From a virus (taxonomy: Duplodnaviria; Caudoviricetes): DNA of 64,000 bases. Of the stretch, positions 49,395-59,000 are shown in pieces. Positions within the stretch are counted from its first letter, which is position 1. Each line of letters starts with the position of its first letter. Position numbers and translations under genes: made by a program. The stretch is taken from the IMG/VR virus record IMGVR_UViG_3300037483_000352, positions 1 through 64,000 of that record; one strand, written 5' to 3'. The notes under the pieces were generated by a model. That model was not told the origin of the DNA and searched no databases. It worked only from the letters and a program-made list of their open reading frames with translations.

Positions 49395-49769
49395 TCAGGA
49401 CGTCAGCTTGCCGGGCACCGACCCGGCATGGGACGAGGAGACCGGGGCGCCCACGTACTTGCGCAGGAAGAACGATCCGACGACGGTGATCAGGGCGAGC
49501 ACGTTGGTCTGAGCTTCGGCGGCCCACTCCAGGCCGAACGCTGCGAACAGGGATCCGGCCGCAACCACGATGCCGGACGCGAGGGCGATCAGGCCCTCGT
49601 TCACCGCGATGGCCGTGACGACCGCGAAGACGAACACGATGCCCGCGTTGACCCAGCCCTGAACGTGGCCGTCCAGGTCGAGTCCGTAGCCCGTGAGTAC
49701 CTGGCCTACACCGGCGACCAGCGCCAGGTAGATCGTGATCTCTCGGCCGAAAATCTTGACGGGGTTCAT
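49395..49769 (-). CDS. holin
   Basis: MNPVKIFGRE...; four TM segments; IFGRE start typical of Streptomyces phage holins. Confidence 0.75.
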   Translation of the reverse strand: MNPVKIFGREITIYLALVAGVGQVLTGYGLDLDGHVQGWVNAGIVFVFAVVTAIAVNEGLIALASGIVVAAGSLFAAFGLEWAAEAQTNVLALITVVGSFFLRKYVGAPVSSSHAGSVPGKLTS

Positions 49770-49784
49770 TTGGTGGTCCTTCCA

Positions 49785-49964
49785 CTATCCGATGATCTCT
49801 ACCAGTCGGCGAAGACCCCCTGTGATGTAACCCCCCGGGCCTGTGTCCCCAACGAGACACCCGGCCACGAAGAACACGGATGCGATCAGTATTGCGGGGT
49901 GCCTTCGGCCCATGATGAGCGCGATGCCCACGACGAGCGACAGAATGGCCAGGGGGATCCACAC
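49785..49964 (-). CDS. small two-TM membrane protein
   Basis: VWIPLAILSLVVGIALIMGRRHPAILIASVFFVAGCLVG; start approximate. Confidence 0.5.
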   Translation of the reverse strand: MWIPLAILSLVVGIALIMGRRHPAILIASVFFVAGCLVGDTGPGGYITGGLRRLVEIIG

Positions 49965-50198
49965 ACGGGGAATGTAGCACCCCGACCAGCAGGCCCGAGG
50001 CGCTGCCCGGCGGGGGTCCTGACGCGTTCCTGGGGGGTACCCGGTACCGGCGCCCCGCACCACCCTGGAACGGGCGCAGACGGGCACACAGGGGTTTAGA
50101 TCTCCGGGCCCGACGAATTTAGATGTAGGGACCAAGTCCACCAATGCGATCCTGGCACGACGAAGGGCCCCCGCTTCCGCGAGGGCCCTGGTGGTCGG

Positions 50199-50306
50199 TT
50201 ACTTCTTGATCTTCGGGGTGGTCACCGACTTGGCGTTCGGTGTCCTGCGGGCGATCTTGATTGCGGAGAAGAAGATCGCTGCCGCTACGCCGGGAGTCTT
50301 GTTCAT
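50199..50306 (-). CDS. 35-aa basic small protein (not in ORF track)
   Basis: MNKTPGVAAAIFFSAIKIARRTPNAKSVTTPKIKK*; GGAG RBS, upstream promoter, downstream hairpin at 50162-50188. Confidence 0.55.
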   Translation of the reverse strand: MNKTPGVAAAIFFSAIKIARRTPNAKSVTTPKIKK

Positions 50307-50345
50307 GATCTGCTCCGTTGCTCGCTGTTTAGTTTGTCTAGTAAG

Positions 50346-50375
50346 AACCTATTGCCCATGTTGGTACCGAGTCAA
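50346..50375 (-). promoter_or_regulatory. HrdB/sigma70-type promoter
   Basis: Minus strand TTGACT-N18-TAGGTT in an AT-rich patch. Confidence 0.7.
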
Positions 50376-50496
50376 TACGTTTCGTAGAGATTCGTAAAGA
50401 TTGTTTACGTAGTTGACTTGGTCCCTACATCTAAATTCATCCGGTCGGTTTGTACCATGGTCATCCGGAGCCTGGTTACCGCCAGGTATTCGCCAA

Positions 50497-50596
50497 AACG
50501 CCCTGTGTGCCCGTCTGACGAGATCCTTTGTCTCCGGGGTACCCGTGGACCACCGGGCTTGGGTTAGGGATTCGCGCAGGTCAGAAGCGTGATCAC
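50497..50596 (-). repeat. dispersed composite repeat, full copy
   Basis: GTGATCACG..CTGACCTGCG-N30-GGGTACC-N20-CAGACGGGCACACAGGGCGTTTT on the minus strand. Confidence 0.8.
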
Positions 50597-50642
50597 GGGT
50601 ATTGGTTGGAACGAAACGGACATTCAGGACCTCGGGTTTGTA

Positions 50643-51152
50643 TCAGCTCGCGGCGATCTTTTCGTAGATCACGGCGACCCTGGTCCCGTAGTCGGCGGCC
50701 GGTGCCCAGCGGGTCCCGAGGCGTTCGACCACCGTGGCCGATCCGTAACCGGCGCTGCCGGGGGAGACCCACACCGCGCGCGGGTCCGGGCTGTCGTCCG
50801 GCACCGGGAGACCTGCGTACAGCCTCAGGTGGTGAGCGTGCGCCAGCGCCCCCAACCGTGGGTAGCCGAACGGATCAAGAGCGAATCGGGCATGGTCCGC
50901 CGGGAGGTCGCCGGTGGCTGTGCGGATCTTTAGGCCGCACGTGTTGCCGTACGTCTCGTCGATCACCCCGCCGAACCGGCCGTAGCTGGTCTCGTGCGCG
51001 CACTGCGCCGCGAGGACGGCCGGATCGACCCCGGTCGACAGCCCGGCGTCGTACAGAGCGATGACCGCGCGCCGGTACCAGTCCGGGTACGTCAGGGCAA
51101 AGTTCTGGATCTTCCACAGCGGGATGCTCGGGGGAGCGATGATTGCGATCAT
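50643..51152 (-). CDS. glucosaminidase (GH73-like) cell wall hydrolase
   Basis: GVDPAVLAAQCAHETSYG...NTCGLK...HAHHL...WAPAADYG. Confidence 0.75.
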   Translation of the reverse strand: MIAIIAPPSIPLWKIQNFALTYPDWYRRAVIALYDAGLSTGVDPAVLAAQCAHETSYGRFGGVIDETYGNTCGLKIRTATGDLPADHARFALDPFGYPRLGALAHAHHLRLYAGLPVPDDSPDPRAVWVSPGSAGYGSATVVERLGTRWAPAADYGTRVAVIYEKIAAS

Positions 51153-51154
51153 GG

Positions 51155-51619
51155 TCAGCCTCCAACCAGGACGTTCACTGCGATGACCACGGACACGATC
51201 AGACCGGCCGCTGCCACCACCCACCCGTACAGCGCGGCCTGTCCGCCGGACCGGCCCGCTGAGCGGTCGGACTGCTTCTTGAGGTTGTCGATCTGGTCCT
51301 TGAAGGACCCCAGCTTGGCATCGAACTCCACGCGCGTGATGAACGAGGCATTCTGGTCGGAAAGCTGCGCGCGGAACTCGTTGACCGCCTCGAACCGCTT
51401 CTCAGCCGCCAGTTCAGCCTTGCTCACCGCCCGGTCCGCCGAATCCAGGGCCGTGGTCACGGCCTTCTCCGCCGCGACGAACGCCGCGTCCAGTGCCTTG
51501 GTCTGGGTCTGGTACCTCTCGTCGAGCAGCCTGCGAAGATCACGGATCTCCTGCTGCGTGGCCGCGCGGAGAGTATTGATCGTCCATCCGCTCACGGGAT
51601 CATCGATCTCACCGCTCAC
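51155..51619 (-). CDS. coiled-coil protein with C-terminal TM helix (lysis region)
   Basis: AAEKAV...EKRFEAVNEFRAQL coiled coil plus terminal hydrophobic helix. Confidence 0.7.
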   Translation of the reverse strand: MSGEIDDPVSGWTINTLRAATQQEIRDLRRLLDERYQTQTKALDAAFVAAEKAVTTALDSADRAVSKAELAAEKRFEAVNEFRAQLSDQNASFITRVEFDAKLGSFKDQIDNLKKQSDRSAGRSGGQAALYGWVVAAAGLIVSVVIAVNVLVGG

Positions 51620-51801
51620 CGGTCGCCCCCCTGAAGTAGAGATGGATTCCAGTCCCTCACTTCGTTGTACGCCCAGTCGAACGCTTCACGCCAGCTCCCG
51701 AATGGCCGACTCTCGTCTTCGTAGTTTCCTGAGAAACCACGGGTGATGGTGACCATCCACTGGCACCCCCACCTGAATACCACCGGCTTGGGGTATATCA
51801 C
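51616..51801 (-). CDS. hypothetical protein
   Basis: 61 aa, coupled at both ends. Confidence 0.5.
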   Translation of the reverse strand: MIYPKPVVFRWGCQWMVTITRGFSGNYEDESRPFGSWREAFDWAYNEVRDWNPSLLQGGDR

Positions 51802-52700
51802 TGGTATCGGACCTTGTCCCCGATGCCGATGTTGGAGTCCTTGATCGCCGGATTCAGCTTCTCTAGCGCGGCCACCGTGGTCTTGTACCGCTTAGCGATC
51901 GAGTACAGGGTGTCGCCGGACACCACAGTGTGGAACCTCTGCCCGGCCGACACGGTGATCTTCTGGCCGACGGACAGGACGTCGTTCTTCACCGAGGGGT
52001 TCAGCGCCCGGAGGACGGCCACGGTGACCCCGTACTTCCGGCCGATCGACCACAGGGTGTCGCCGTCCACCACGGTGTGCGTCCTGGCCGCCGGTGCGGC
52101 CGTGGCCACGGTCATGCGCCTCTCGATCCGCTTCCGCATGGACGTCATGGTGAACCCGCGCGGGTCGACCTTGCCGGGCTGCCACTCCAGGTGACCGATC
52201 ACGTGGTTCTCGTTCCAGCCGTGATACTTGCAGATCGCCGCGCTCACACGCTCGACGGTGAGCAGCTGAGCGGCAGGCCACGGGTCCTGGCCGTCCCCGA
52301 GGTTCTCGCACTCGAAGCCGTAGAACGACCGGTTGCCGTCCGTGTTGGATTCGTTCCGGACGGGCGCCGCGCGCCCCGCCTTGACGGCCGTCAGAACGTC
52401 GTCGTCCCCCAGCCCGGCATGATTCGCGCGGCCGTATCCGACGAGGTGGACCCTTCCGTCCTTGGTGATCACGCCGTGGCACAGCGGGCCGGGCAGCGTG
52501 CTGTGTCCCGTCCGGCAGATGTCCACCGTGCGCTGGCTTCCCCGGGTGACCGTGTGGTGGATCATCACGCCGTGCACCGGCCCCCATGATCCCTTACTGT
52601 TGCGGTTGTGCGTCTCCCAGTCGCCGACCTCCACCACGGTCACACCGGCCGCCCGCAGAACGGATGCGAACTTACTGGCGCTCATCGGAACAGTGCTCAT
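51798..52700 (-). CDS. endolysin: N-acetylmuramoyl-L-alanine amidase plus two LysM domains
   Basis: GVMIHHT...GPLCH...GRANHAG...YGFECEN...HLEW..GKVDP; two HTVVxGDTLxSI LysM repeats. Confidence 0.93.
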   Translation of the reverse strand: MSTVPMSASKFASVLRAAGVTVVEVGDWETHNRNSKGSWGPVHGVMIHHTVTRGSQRTVDICRTGHSTLPGPLCHGVITKDGRVHLVGYGRANHAGLGDDDVLTAVKAGRAAPVRNESNTDGNRSFYGFECENLGDGQDPWPAAQLLTVERVSAAICKYHGWNENHVIGHLEWQPGKVDPRGFTMTSMRKRIERRMTVATAAPAARTHTVVDGDTLWSIGRKYGVTVAVLRALNPSVKNDVLSVGQKITVSAGQRFHTVVSGDTLYSIAKRYKTTVAALEKLNPAIKDSNIGIGDKVRYQ

Positions 52701-53029
52701 GATCGGTGCCCCCCCTTCGAACGAGCGGTCCTCCGGTCCACCAGCTGGACCCTGAGAAGAGCGATCACGTGGCCGAGGATCGCAGTCCCGATGACGATCA
52801 CCAGGACTATGCGGATCATACGGACCGCGTCCAGGTTCTCCCACCGGGAGAAGACCAGGGACAGTGCGGCCAGACCGGCCAGGCCGCCCATCATCATCAT
52901 GATCAGTCTGCCGGTGGACGTCCTCCACCACGGGGTGATCAAGCTGTAGACAGTAGCGAACAGCATGGCCATGGCGGAGGCGTACGCGCTGGCCCATATG
53001 TTGATCGTTTCTAGCAGCTCACTTTCCAC
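52697..53029 (-). CDS. putative holin (three TM)
   Basis: FATVYSLITPWWRTSTGR...; directly upstream of the endolysin. Confidence 0.65.
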   Translation of the reverse strand: MESELLETINIWASAYASAMAMLFATVYSLITPWWRTSTGRLIMMMMGGLAGLAALSLVFSRWENLDAVRMIRIVLVIVIGTAILGHVIALLRVQLVDRRTARSKGGHRS

Positions 53030-53255
53030 CGGGCGCCGCTCCGTTCTTGATCGCCGATCTGATCAGTTCAGCGAAGTGGTTGGTCTCCCGGAGTGTACGC
53101 AACTTGTTGGACAGTACAGTGATCTCCCCTGTCTGCTCCACCGCATCGTTGTGCACATTCTCAGCGTGGGCGACCGCCCGCCGGGCGTCCCGCTGGCCCG
53201 TGTCCTTCTTCAGGTCAACGGTCCTCCCGGACATCCGCCGGATCCAGTGCAGCAC
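53019..53255 (-). CDS. lysis-region hypothetical protein
   Basis: ends LRETNHFAELI, a motif common in actinophage lysis cassettes. Confidence 0.6.
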   Translation of the reverse strand: MLHWIRRMSGRTVDLKKDTGQRDARRAVAHAENVHNDAVEQTGEITVLSNKLRTLRETNHFAELIRSAIKNGAAPGGK

Positions 53256-53541
53256 GGTGATTGCCTCCCTCCGGAGTGATTGCCTGGGGGATGGCTTCGA
53301 TCACGTGGGTGGTGGTCCTGGCCATTTCCATCAGCTGGCCTATCTGCCGGTCCTTGACCCCGATTGTTTCTAGACCTTGCTCGTACGCCGTTTTGTACAG
53401 AGCTATCTGCTCATCCTTGGCGATCAGCAGGGACCGGACCGTCGCCTTGGGCAGAAGTATGCCCCACAGGATCAGCATCACAACGATCACCAGAATGCCG
53501 ATCGCCCCGACGTCCGGAGTCAGGAACTTGGAGAAATCCAT
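53215..53541 (-). CDS. lysis-region membrane protein
   Basis: GAIGILVIVVMLILWGILLPK followed by a coiled coil. Confidence 0.65.
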   Translation of the reverse strand: MDFSKFLTPDVGAIGILVIVVMLILWGILLPKATVRSLLIAKDEQIALYKTAYEQGLETIGVKDRQIGQLMEMARTTTHVIEAIPQAITPEGGNHRAALDPADVREDR

Positions 53542-53658
53542 GCAGGTCACGTCCTCCGGTCACGTGCGGTATGGCTCGCCGCTAGGCGAACGTGATCACT
53601 ACCAGAAAGATGACTGCCGTCACCAGCACGGCGATCCCGAGAACTCTCATCACTCACC

Positions 53659-54780
53659 TCACAAGAAATATTCAAGGCCGTCGAAGTAGACCGTGGTCGG
53701 AAGGGCCAGGGTCAGCGTGTGCGAATGGCTGTACGTGTGGTTGTGGGAATAGGTGTGGTCATGGTTGTAGGTGTGCGCGTGGGCGTCCCCCGCGTGTGAA
53801 TGGCTGTAGGTGTGATCATGGCTGTAGGTGTGATCATGGCTGTAGGTGTGATCATGGCTGTAGGTGTGCTGGTGGTTGTAGGTGTGCGTATGCCCACCGG
53901 ACGACGACGTTCCTCCGGACCCGAAGAACGACGTCCCCTGGCTGCCGGATGCCGACGTCCCCTGGCTGCCCGTGGTCGACGTGCCCTGGCTGCCGTTGAA
54001 GGACGTCCCGCCGGACCCCGTCGTGCTGGTCGTCCCGCCTCCGTCGGTCGACGTGCCCTGGCTGCCGTTGAAGGACGTCCCGCCGGATCCCGTGGTCGAC
54101 GTGCCCTGGTCGCCGTCCGCGTCCGTGGACCCCAGGGTCTGGGTGCCGCCGACCAGGGTCACCGCGCCGGTGGTGGCCGCGATCTGCACCAGCACGGACG
54201 TGGACTCCCCGTTCCGGCCTGCCCGCAGGGTCCGCGTGGCCGACGGAACGTACCCGGCGGCCACGGTGAACAGGGACGCGCCGGACACCGTGAACGCGCC
54301 CTTGAACTGGACCTTGGCCTCACCGTTGTCGACCACCCGGCGGTAGGACACGCCGCCGGACGTCTGCCAGCCCTGCGCGGCCGGGGTGGCCGGGGTGTCG
54401 TTGATCTGGCCCAGGACCGTGAGATCCGTCCCCTGCTTGCAGACCAGGACCGTGTCACCGACCACCGGAGAGTAGCTGTCCAGGTAGCGGACGCCCTCGA
54501 TGGTGACCGTCGTGTCTCCGGAGATCTGGAGGCTGACCGTGGGCGGTGTGGCCGTGGCCGCGTCGGCGGTGACCTGCGCTTTGCGGATGGTGGCGGGGTC
54601 GAACTCCAGCAAGGTCTGTTTGGCGATCTCCGTTGCCAGCGCCTTGATCTGGTCGTTCAGCGCGGCCTCCGCAGCGGCAGCTTCCGCCGCAGCCTGCTGC
54701 GCGGCGGCCTCCTCCGGGGTCGGCTCAGGGCTGGGGGGTACGGGGACGGCCGGGTCACTGCCTTCGGTCGGTGTGGTCAT
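53659..54780 (-). CDS. minor tail / fibre-like protein with GSQGTS and HTYSH repeats
   Basis: GVRYLDSYSPVVGDTVLV (OB-like segment), Gly/Ser/Thr repeats, tandem HxH array; downstream of tail genes. Confidence 0.75.
   Translation of the reverse strand: MTTPTEGSDPAVPVPPSPEPTPEEAAAQQAAAEAAAAEAALNDQIKALATEIAKQTLLEFDPATIRKAQVTADAATATPPTVSLQISGDTTVTIEGVRYLDSYSPVVGDTVLVCKQGTDLTVLGQINDTPATPAAQGWQTSGGVSYRRVVDNGEAKVQFKGAFTVSGASLFTVAAGYVPSATRTLRAGRNGESTSVLVQIAATTGAVTLVGGTQTLGSTDADGDQGTSTTGSGGTSFNGSQGTSTDGGGTTSTTGSGGTSFNGSQGTSTTGSQGTSASGSQGTSFFGSGGTSSSGGHTHTYNHQHTYSHDHTYSHDHTYSHDHTYSHSHAGDAHAHTYNHDHTYSHNHTYSHSHTLTLALPTTVYFDGLEYFL
53797..53885. repeat. 18-bp coding tandem repeat (GATCATGGCTGTAGGTGT)
   Basis: Three to four near-perfect units encoding HTYSHD. 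Confidence 0.85.
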
Positions 54781-55901
54781 GCCAGTGTCCTCTTCGCCCT
54801 CAGGGTGATGTTCTGGAGGTCGGCCGCGCGGAGCGGGACATTGAACGCGTCCACCGCGTACAGCCCGGACACCCGGCTCCGCAGGCGTTCGACCTGGACG
54901 ACGTGACCGGCCTCGTACGAGGAGTTCACGACTCCCGTGACCGACAAGCCGGAGGAGAAGCCCAGCAGGTTGCGCAGGAGCTGATCGGCCGTGGCCTGCG
55001 CTTCCTGCACGGTCTTGATCGTCTGGTCCGTGATGAACATCGGGACCTCGCCGTACGGACCGAGGTGGTACGTGGCCGACGTCGGCTCCTCGTCCCAGGC
55101 GACCGCGCGGACGGCAGGCAGCTCGTCCCCGGGGCTCTCACCCGTGATGACCACCCCGTTGTAGCCGGGCTCGTCCGTGAACGACCGGGACAGTGACGTC
55201 ATGACGCAGCCCTGGCCTTCGATGTACGTGAAATCCGGGGACGGCAGTGCGTCGATGTCCACCGGCGGAGCGATCACGACGGTGCCTTCCACGTCGAAGT
55301 AGATCTCACACCCGAGGGACTGCGCCAGATCCGCGCAGGCCTTCCAGGGATCGTCGCTCACGTCGTACAGCTTCGGCGCCGTGGTCTCCCTGGTCGTGCT
55401 GATCGAGTCGTAGGTCAGGTCCGGGAACGTCCGGGCCAGGATCGACTTGATGGCGTCGATCAGATTGGTTCCCTCTTCGATCACGTACGGGCTGATGAAC
55501 TTGTCCCGCTGCACGGTCCGGCTGAGGTCATAGGCCTCAAGCTGAATGTCCGGAGATCCTCCCACCGAGTCGTTGACGTTCGACTTGGACAGCCGGAACA
55601 CTCCGAGCGGCATGACCTCGGTGGTTCCGTCGGTGTACTGGACGCCCCGGTAAGGCCGCAGGATGGTCCCGTACGGGGTCAGCAGACTGTCTTGGGACGC
55701 CGGGACCAGCAGGCCCGAAGGATCTATGCACGTGGCCCTGCACGCCCTCCGGATCTCCGCCGTCCGGTCGCACGTCACCTCGCCGCCGGTCGCCGGAAGC
55801 CGCAGCGTCTCCTCGGTGGGAGAAACCACGTCGATGTAGCTGTACACCCGGTGGGACTTCCTGATCTCCGCCAGGAAGCGCGGGGTGGCCCGGCTGGTCA
55901 T
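54777..55901 (-). CDS. minor tail protein (DUF5047-like)
   Basis: GGEVTCDRTAEIRRAC...LLTPYG...PLGVF...YNGVVITGE...YGEVP; sits downstream of the tape measure gene. Confidence 0.75.
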   Translation of the reverse strand: MTSRATPRFLAEIRKSHRVYSYIDVVSPTEETLRLPATGGEVTCDRTAEIRRACRATCIDPSGLLVPASQDSLLTPYGTILRPYRGVQYTDGTTEVMPLGVFRLSKSNVNDSVGGSPDIQLEAYDLSRTVQRDKFISPYVIEEGTNLIDAIKSILARTFPDLTYDSISTTRETTAPKLYDVSDDPWKACADLAQSLGCEIYFDVEGTVVIAPPVDIDALPSPDFTYIEGQGCVMTSLSRSFTDEPGYNGVVITGESPGDELPAVRAVAWDEEPTSATYHLGPYGEVPMFITDQTIKTVQEAQATADQLLRNLLGFSSGLSVTGVVNSSYEAGHVVQVERLRSRVSGLYAVDAFNVPLRAADLQNITLRAKRTLA

Positions 55902-56010
55902 CCCACGGTTCCCCGTCCGTCACACAGCCCGATGACACGGAAAATCCAGTGCACCGGGGAGGTCTTCAGCCGGATGCACCCGGGGCAGACCCATGAGTCT
56001 TTCATCATGG

Positions 56011-59000
56011 TCACCCTTCTGGCTTGGTCTGGACAAAGGTGATCTTGAAGAACCTTATCGGATTGGTGAACCGCTGCCCTGTGTACTGGATCGCGGCGGA
56101 CAGGTCACCGACCGGTCGGACCCACCACGCATGATCCACCGGCGACTGGAGAAAAAGGGTCCGGCCGGTCCTGAGCTGTGCACGCAGCAGCGCGTGCTCC
56201 TCGCGGTTGAGCACGAGGGACAGTTCGAACGCGTCGCCCTTGTAGCCCTCGGTCAGCACGACCGGGTAGTCCTCACCCAGCGGCTGGAACGCCACCGCCG
56301 TGTTGGTCGTGCCCACGGTCACCGGCCCGGCAGGGACGTGCACCCGCAGGGCCATGGACCAGCCGGTGGTCAGATCCTTCAGCCACCACTCCCGGGCGGT
56401 CAGCGATGCTTCGTCCGAGTCAGGCCCGTACCCTGAGACGAACCGGTCCCCGGCCAGTCCGTAGCTGACTGTCTGTGCCCGGTACTTGCGCCGCTGGAGG
56501 GGGATCACGGTGTTGTCGGTGTAGGTCATGAGGCCGGTCAGGACGTCGAACACCGGGGGGTTGATCTGCTGGCCGGGGAGGTCGTACCAGTCCCCGTACC
56601 CGGACCCGTCATCGTCGGCGTACTGGAGGAACGGCCCGGACCACACAGCGTGTGTACTGCGGCCGGTCCCGTTACGCCATACCGTGGTGTCCCCCAGCAT
56701 GATCCCGATGCGGTCGAAATAGACGAAGTCACCCACCTGGCGGTCCGTCACCGAGACCTCGCCCTTGATCCGGGTCGTCCCCTCGGGGATGTCCATGACG
56801 GCCGAGGAGAAGTTCCAGATAGCCGTGCCGAACGGGGTCCCCTGCGCGGTCTGAGAACTGATCAGTTGGTTCGCCCGGTAGAAGTACAGCGTCATGTACG
56901 GGGTGCCGGATGTGGACCCGATCCACGAGGACATGAACGTGACCTTGTTACCGGCCTTCGTCATGATCTCCGGTTCGATGGCGGAAATGTCCACCGAGTC
57001 CGGCATGGTCCCCAGAGTCAGGCCGGAGGTCAGCGGGACGGCCGGTTTGATCAACCCGATCCAGGACGCCGCGCTTGCCAGGGACGTACCGGAACCGGGG
57101 GTGAACTGCATGGTGACCGACGTGGCCCCCGCTGCCACCGGCGCGTTGCTGTCGTAGATGCCGGTGTACATGAACGGGCTGGAGGCCCCGGCCACCTCGT
57201 CGACCCGTTCGGTCTCGTTCGCTCCCGGGGCCGGTCCGGTCGGCAGGGCTTTGATCAGTCCGACCCACGATCCGGCCGCGTAGTAGCTCCGGTTCAAGGT
57301 CCCGGTCCGGCTGTGGTTGCCGGTACCCACCGTGCCGTTGCTGTCCGCCGTGGTCAGCGTCGCGGTGCGGTACGAATAGGAGCTAATCTGGTACTCCTCG
57401 GACAGTTCGTCCCTCTCGGTCACCTCGGACGTGTAGGCCGACGTGTAGTAGTCCCCCGAGTACCCGAAGAAGCAGACCCGCCATGACGTCGAATCCGTGT
57501 TGCTGACCGTGGCCGTGGTGATCGTGTTCCCGCTGCCGGACGTCGACTGGTTCTCCGCGACGAACTGATTCGTGTCCAGTTCGCAGTTGCGGTAGGCGAC
57601 CGACTGCACCACCACCGGCTTGACGGTGGCGGACAGAGTGCCGGTCCATGAGCTGGGTTCCGACCCCCCGGCCGTCCGCTTCATGACCGCCATGCGGGCG
57701 GACGCGAAGGAGTCCGACGAGGTGAACTGCCGGACGACTGTCCATCCGGACGGAGCCGTCACCGTGGGCACCACCGAGTCCGACACCACGACGGCCGCGA
57801 GCATGAGATCCCCGGACACCACACCCGACGGCCGGTTGATGGTGAACGACGTGGTGTTGGACGTGTTGGACCATGACGTTCCCTTGCCCACGTACGCGAT
57901 CGGCTGGCTGGCCGTGGGAGGGAGGACGTTGGCCACCATGGTCCCGGACCCGGCGTCGTCGTTGACCGCGAACGCGGCCACCCGCCACGCGTTGGCGTCG
58001 GTGTTGTTGATCACGGCTGACGTCAGGTACAGCGGGGTGTCGGCCGCGCGCGTCAGTACGTTCTCCGCGACGAACTGAACCGACGCGTCAGCCGCGCCGG
58101 AGTACGCCACCACCCGGGCATTGCGCCGGGTGGACGTGGTGCCGAGGATGCCGTCCGTCCAGGAGCCCGGCTCCGAGCCTCCTGCCGTCCGTTTGAGCAC
58201 GAAGAGGGCGGTGTCGGTGCTCCCGTCGTCGATGGACGCCGTGTTGACCGCAGTCCACCCGGCAGGGGGCGTGATGGTGCCGTGCTGGGACGACGTCACG
58301 AACGCCAGCATGAGGTCACCGGTCGCCACCCCGGCCGGAGCATTGAGAGTGAAGTTGGCCCCGGACGATGTGGAGTTGAAGTTGGCGCCGGTCGCCCGGA
58401 ACGCCAGGGTCGGGGTGATCCCGTCGTAGGTCAGCCGCTTAGTGAACAGACCATGGCCGCCGACGCCGGGCGGGGCGACCCGGGAGATGGTCGAGCCGGA
58501 CCCAGCGACCCAGTTGGTTCCCACGGGGTCCTCTGCCGACGCACTGAAGCTGTCCAGGATGTTGCGTGAGTTGTGGCCGCCGTCCGACCACAGCGCTCCG
58601 GCCCCGTACATCAGGCCGACATGATCCACGTTGTGGACTTCCGCGCTGGCCGGGGCGGTGACCTTAAGGATCACCCGGGCCCAGCGCGTGTCGGCCGGGG
58701 ACGTGCCGGTCACCGTCTCTTCGGTCCATGTGTCCGCCGAGTCGGTCGTGCCCGCCGAGTTGATCTGGCTGATGTACGTGAACAGATCATCGTAGAAGTG
58801 CACCTGGACGGTCACTGTGCGGCCGGTGACCGCCGCGCGGAACTGAGAACGCGCCGTGACCGGCACCTCGGGGGCACACCGTATGTAGGTGGTGCCTGCC
58901 GACATGTCGGCCGCCGTGGACGCGGTCAGCTTCCCGGATGCTACCCCGGCGTAGTAGACCGACGTGTCCCGGGCGAACGCACAGTTCACCGTCACGTACT

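Larger units (their letters stand above)
50115..50438. repeat. segment bounded by perfect 24-bp inverted repeats
   Basis: GAATTTAGATGTAGGGACCAAGTC (50115-50138) and its exact reverse complement (50415-50438); outer 17-bp IR at 50077-50093 / 50501-50517. Confidence 0.92.

Noticed and set aside
50115-50438. Protelomerase telRL site of a linear plasmid-phage
   Set aside because: Such sites are near-contiguous palindromes; here the arms are 276 bp apart, and no protelomerase is visible.
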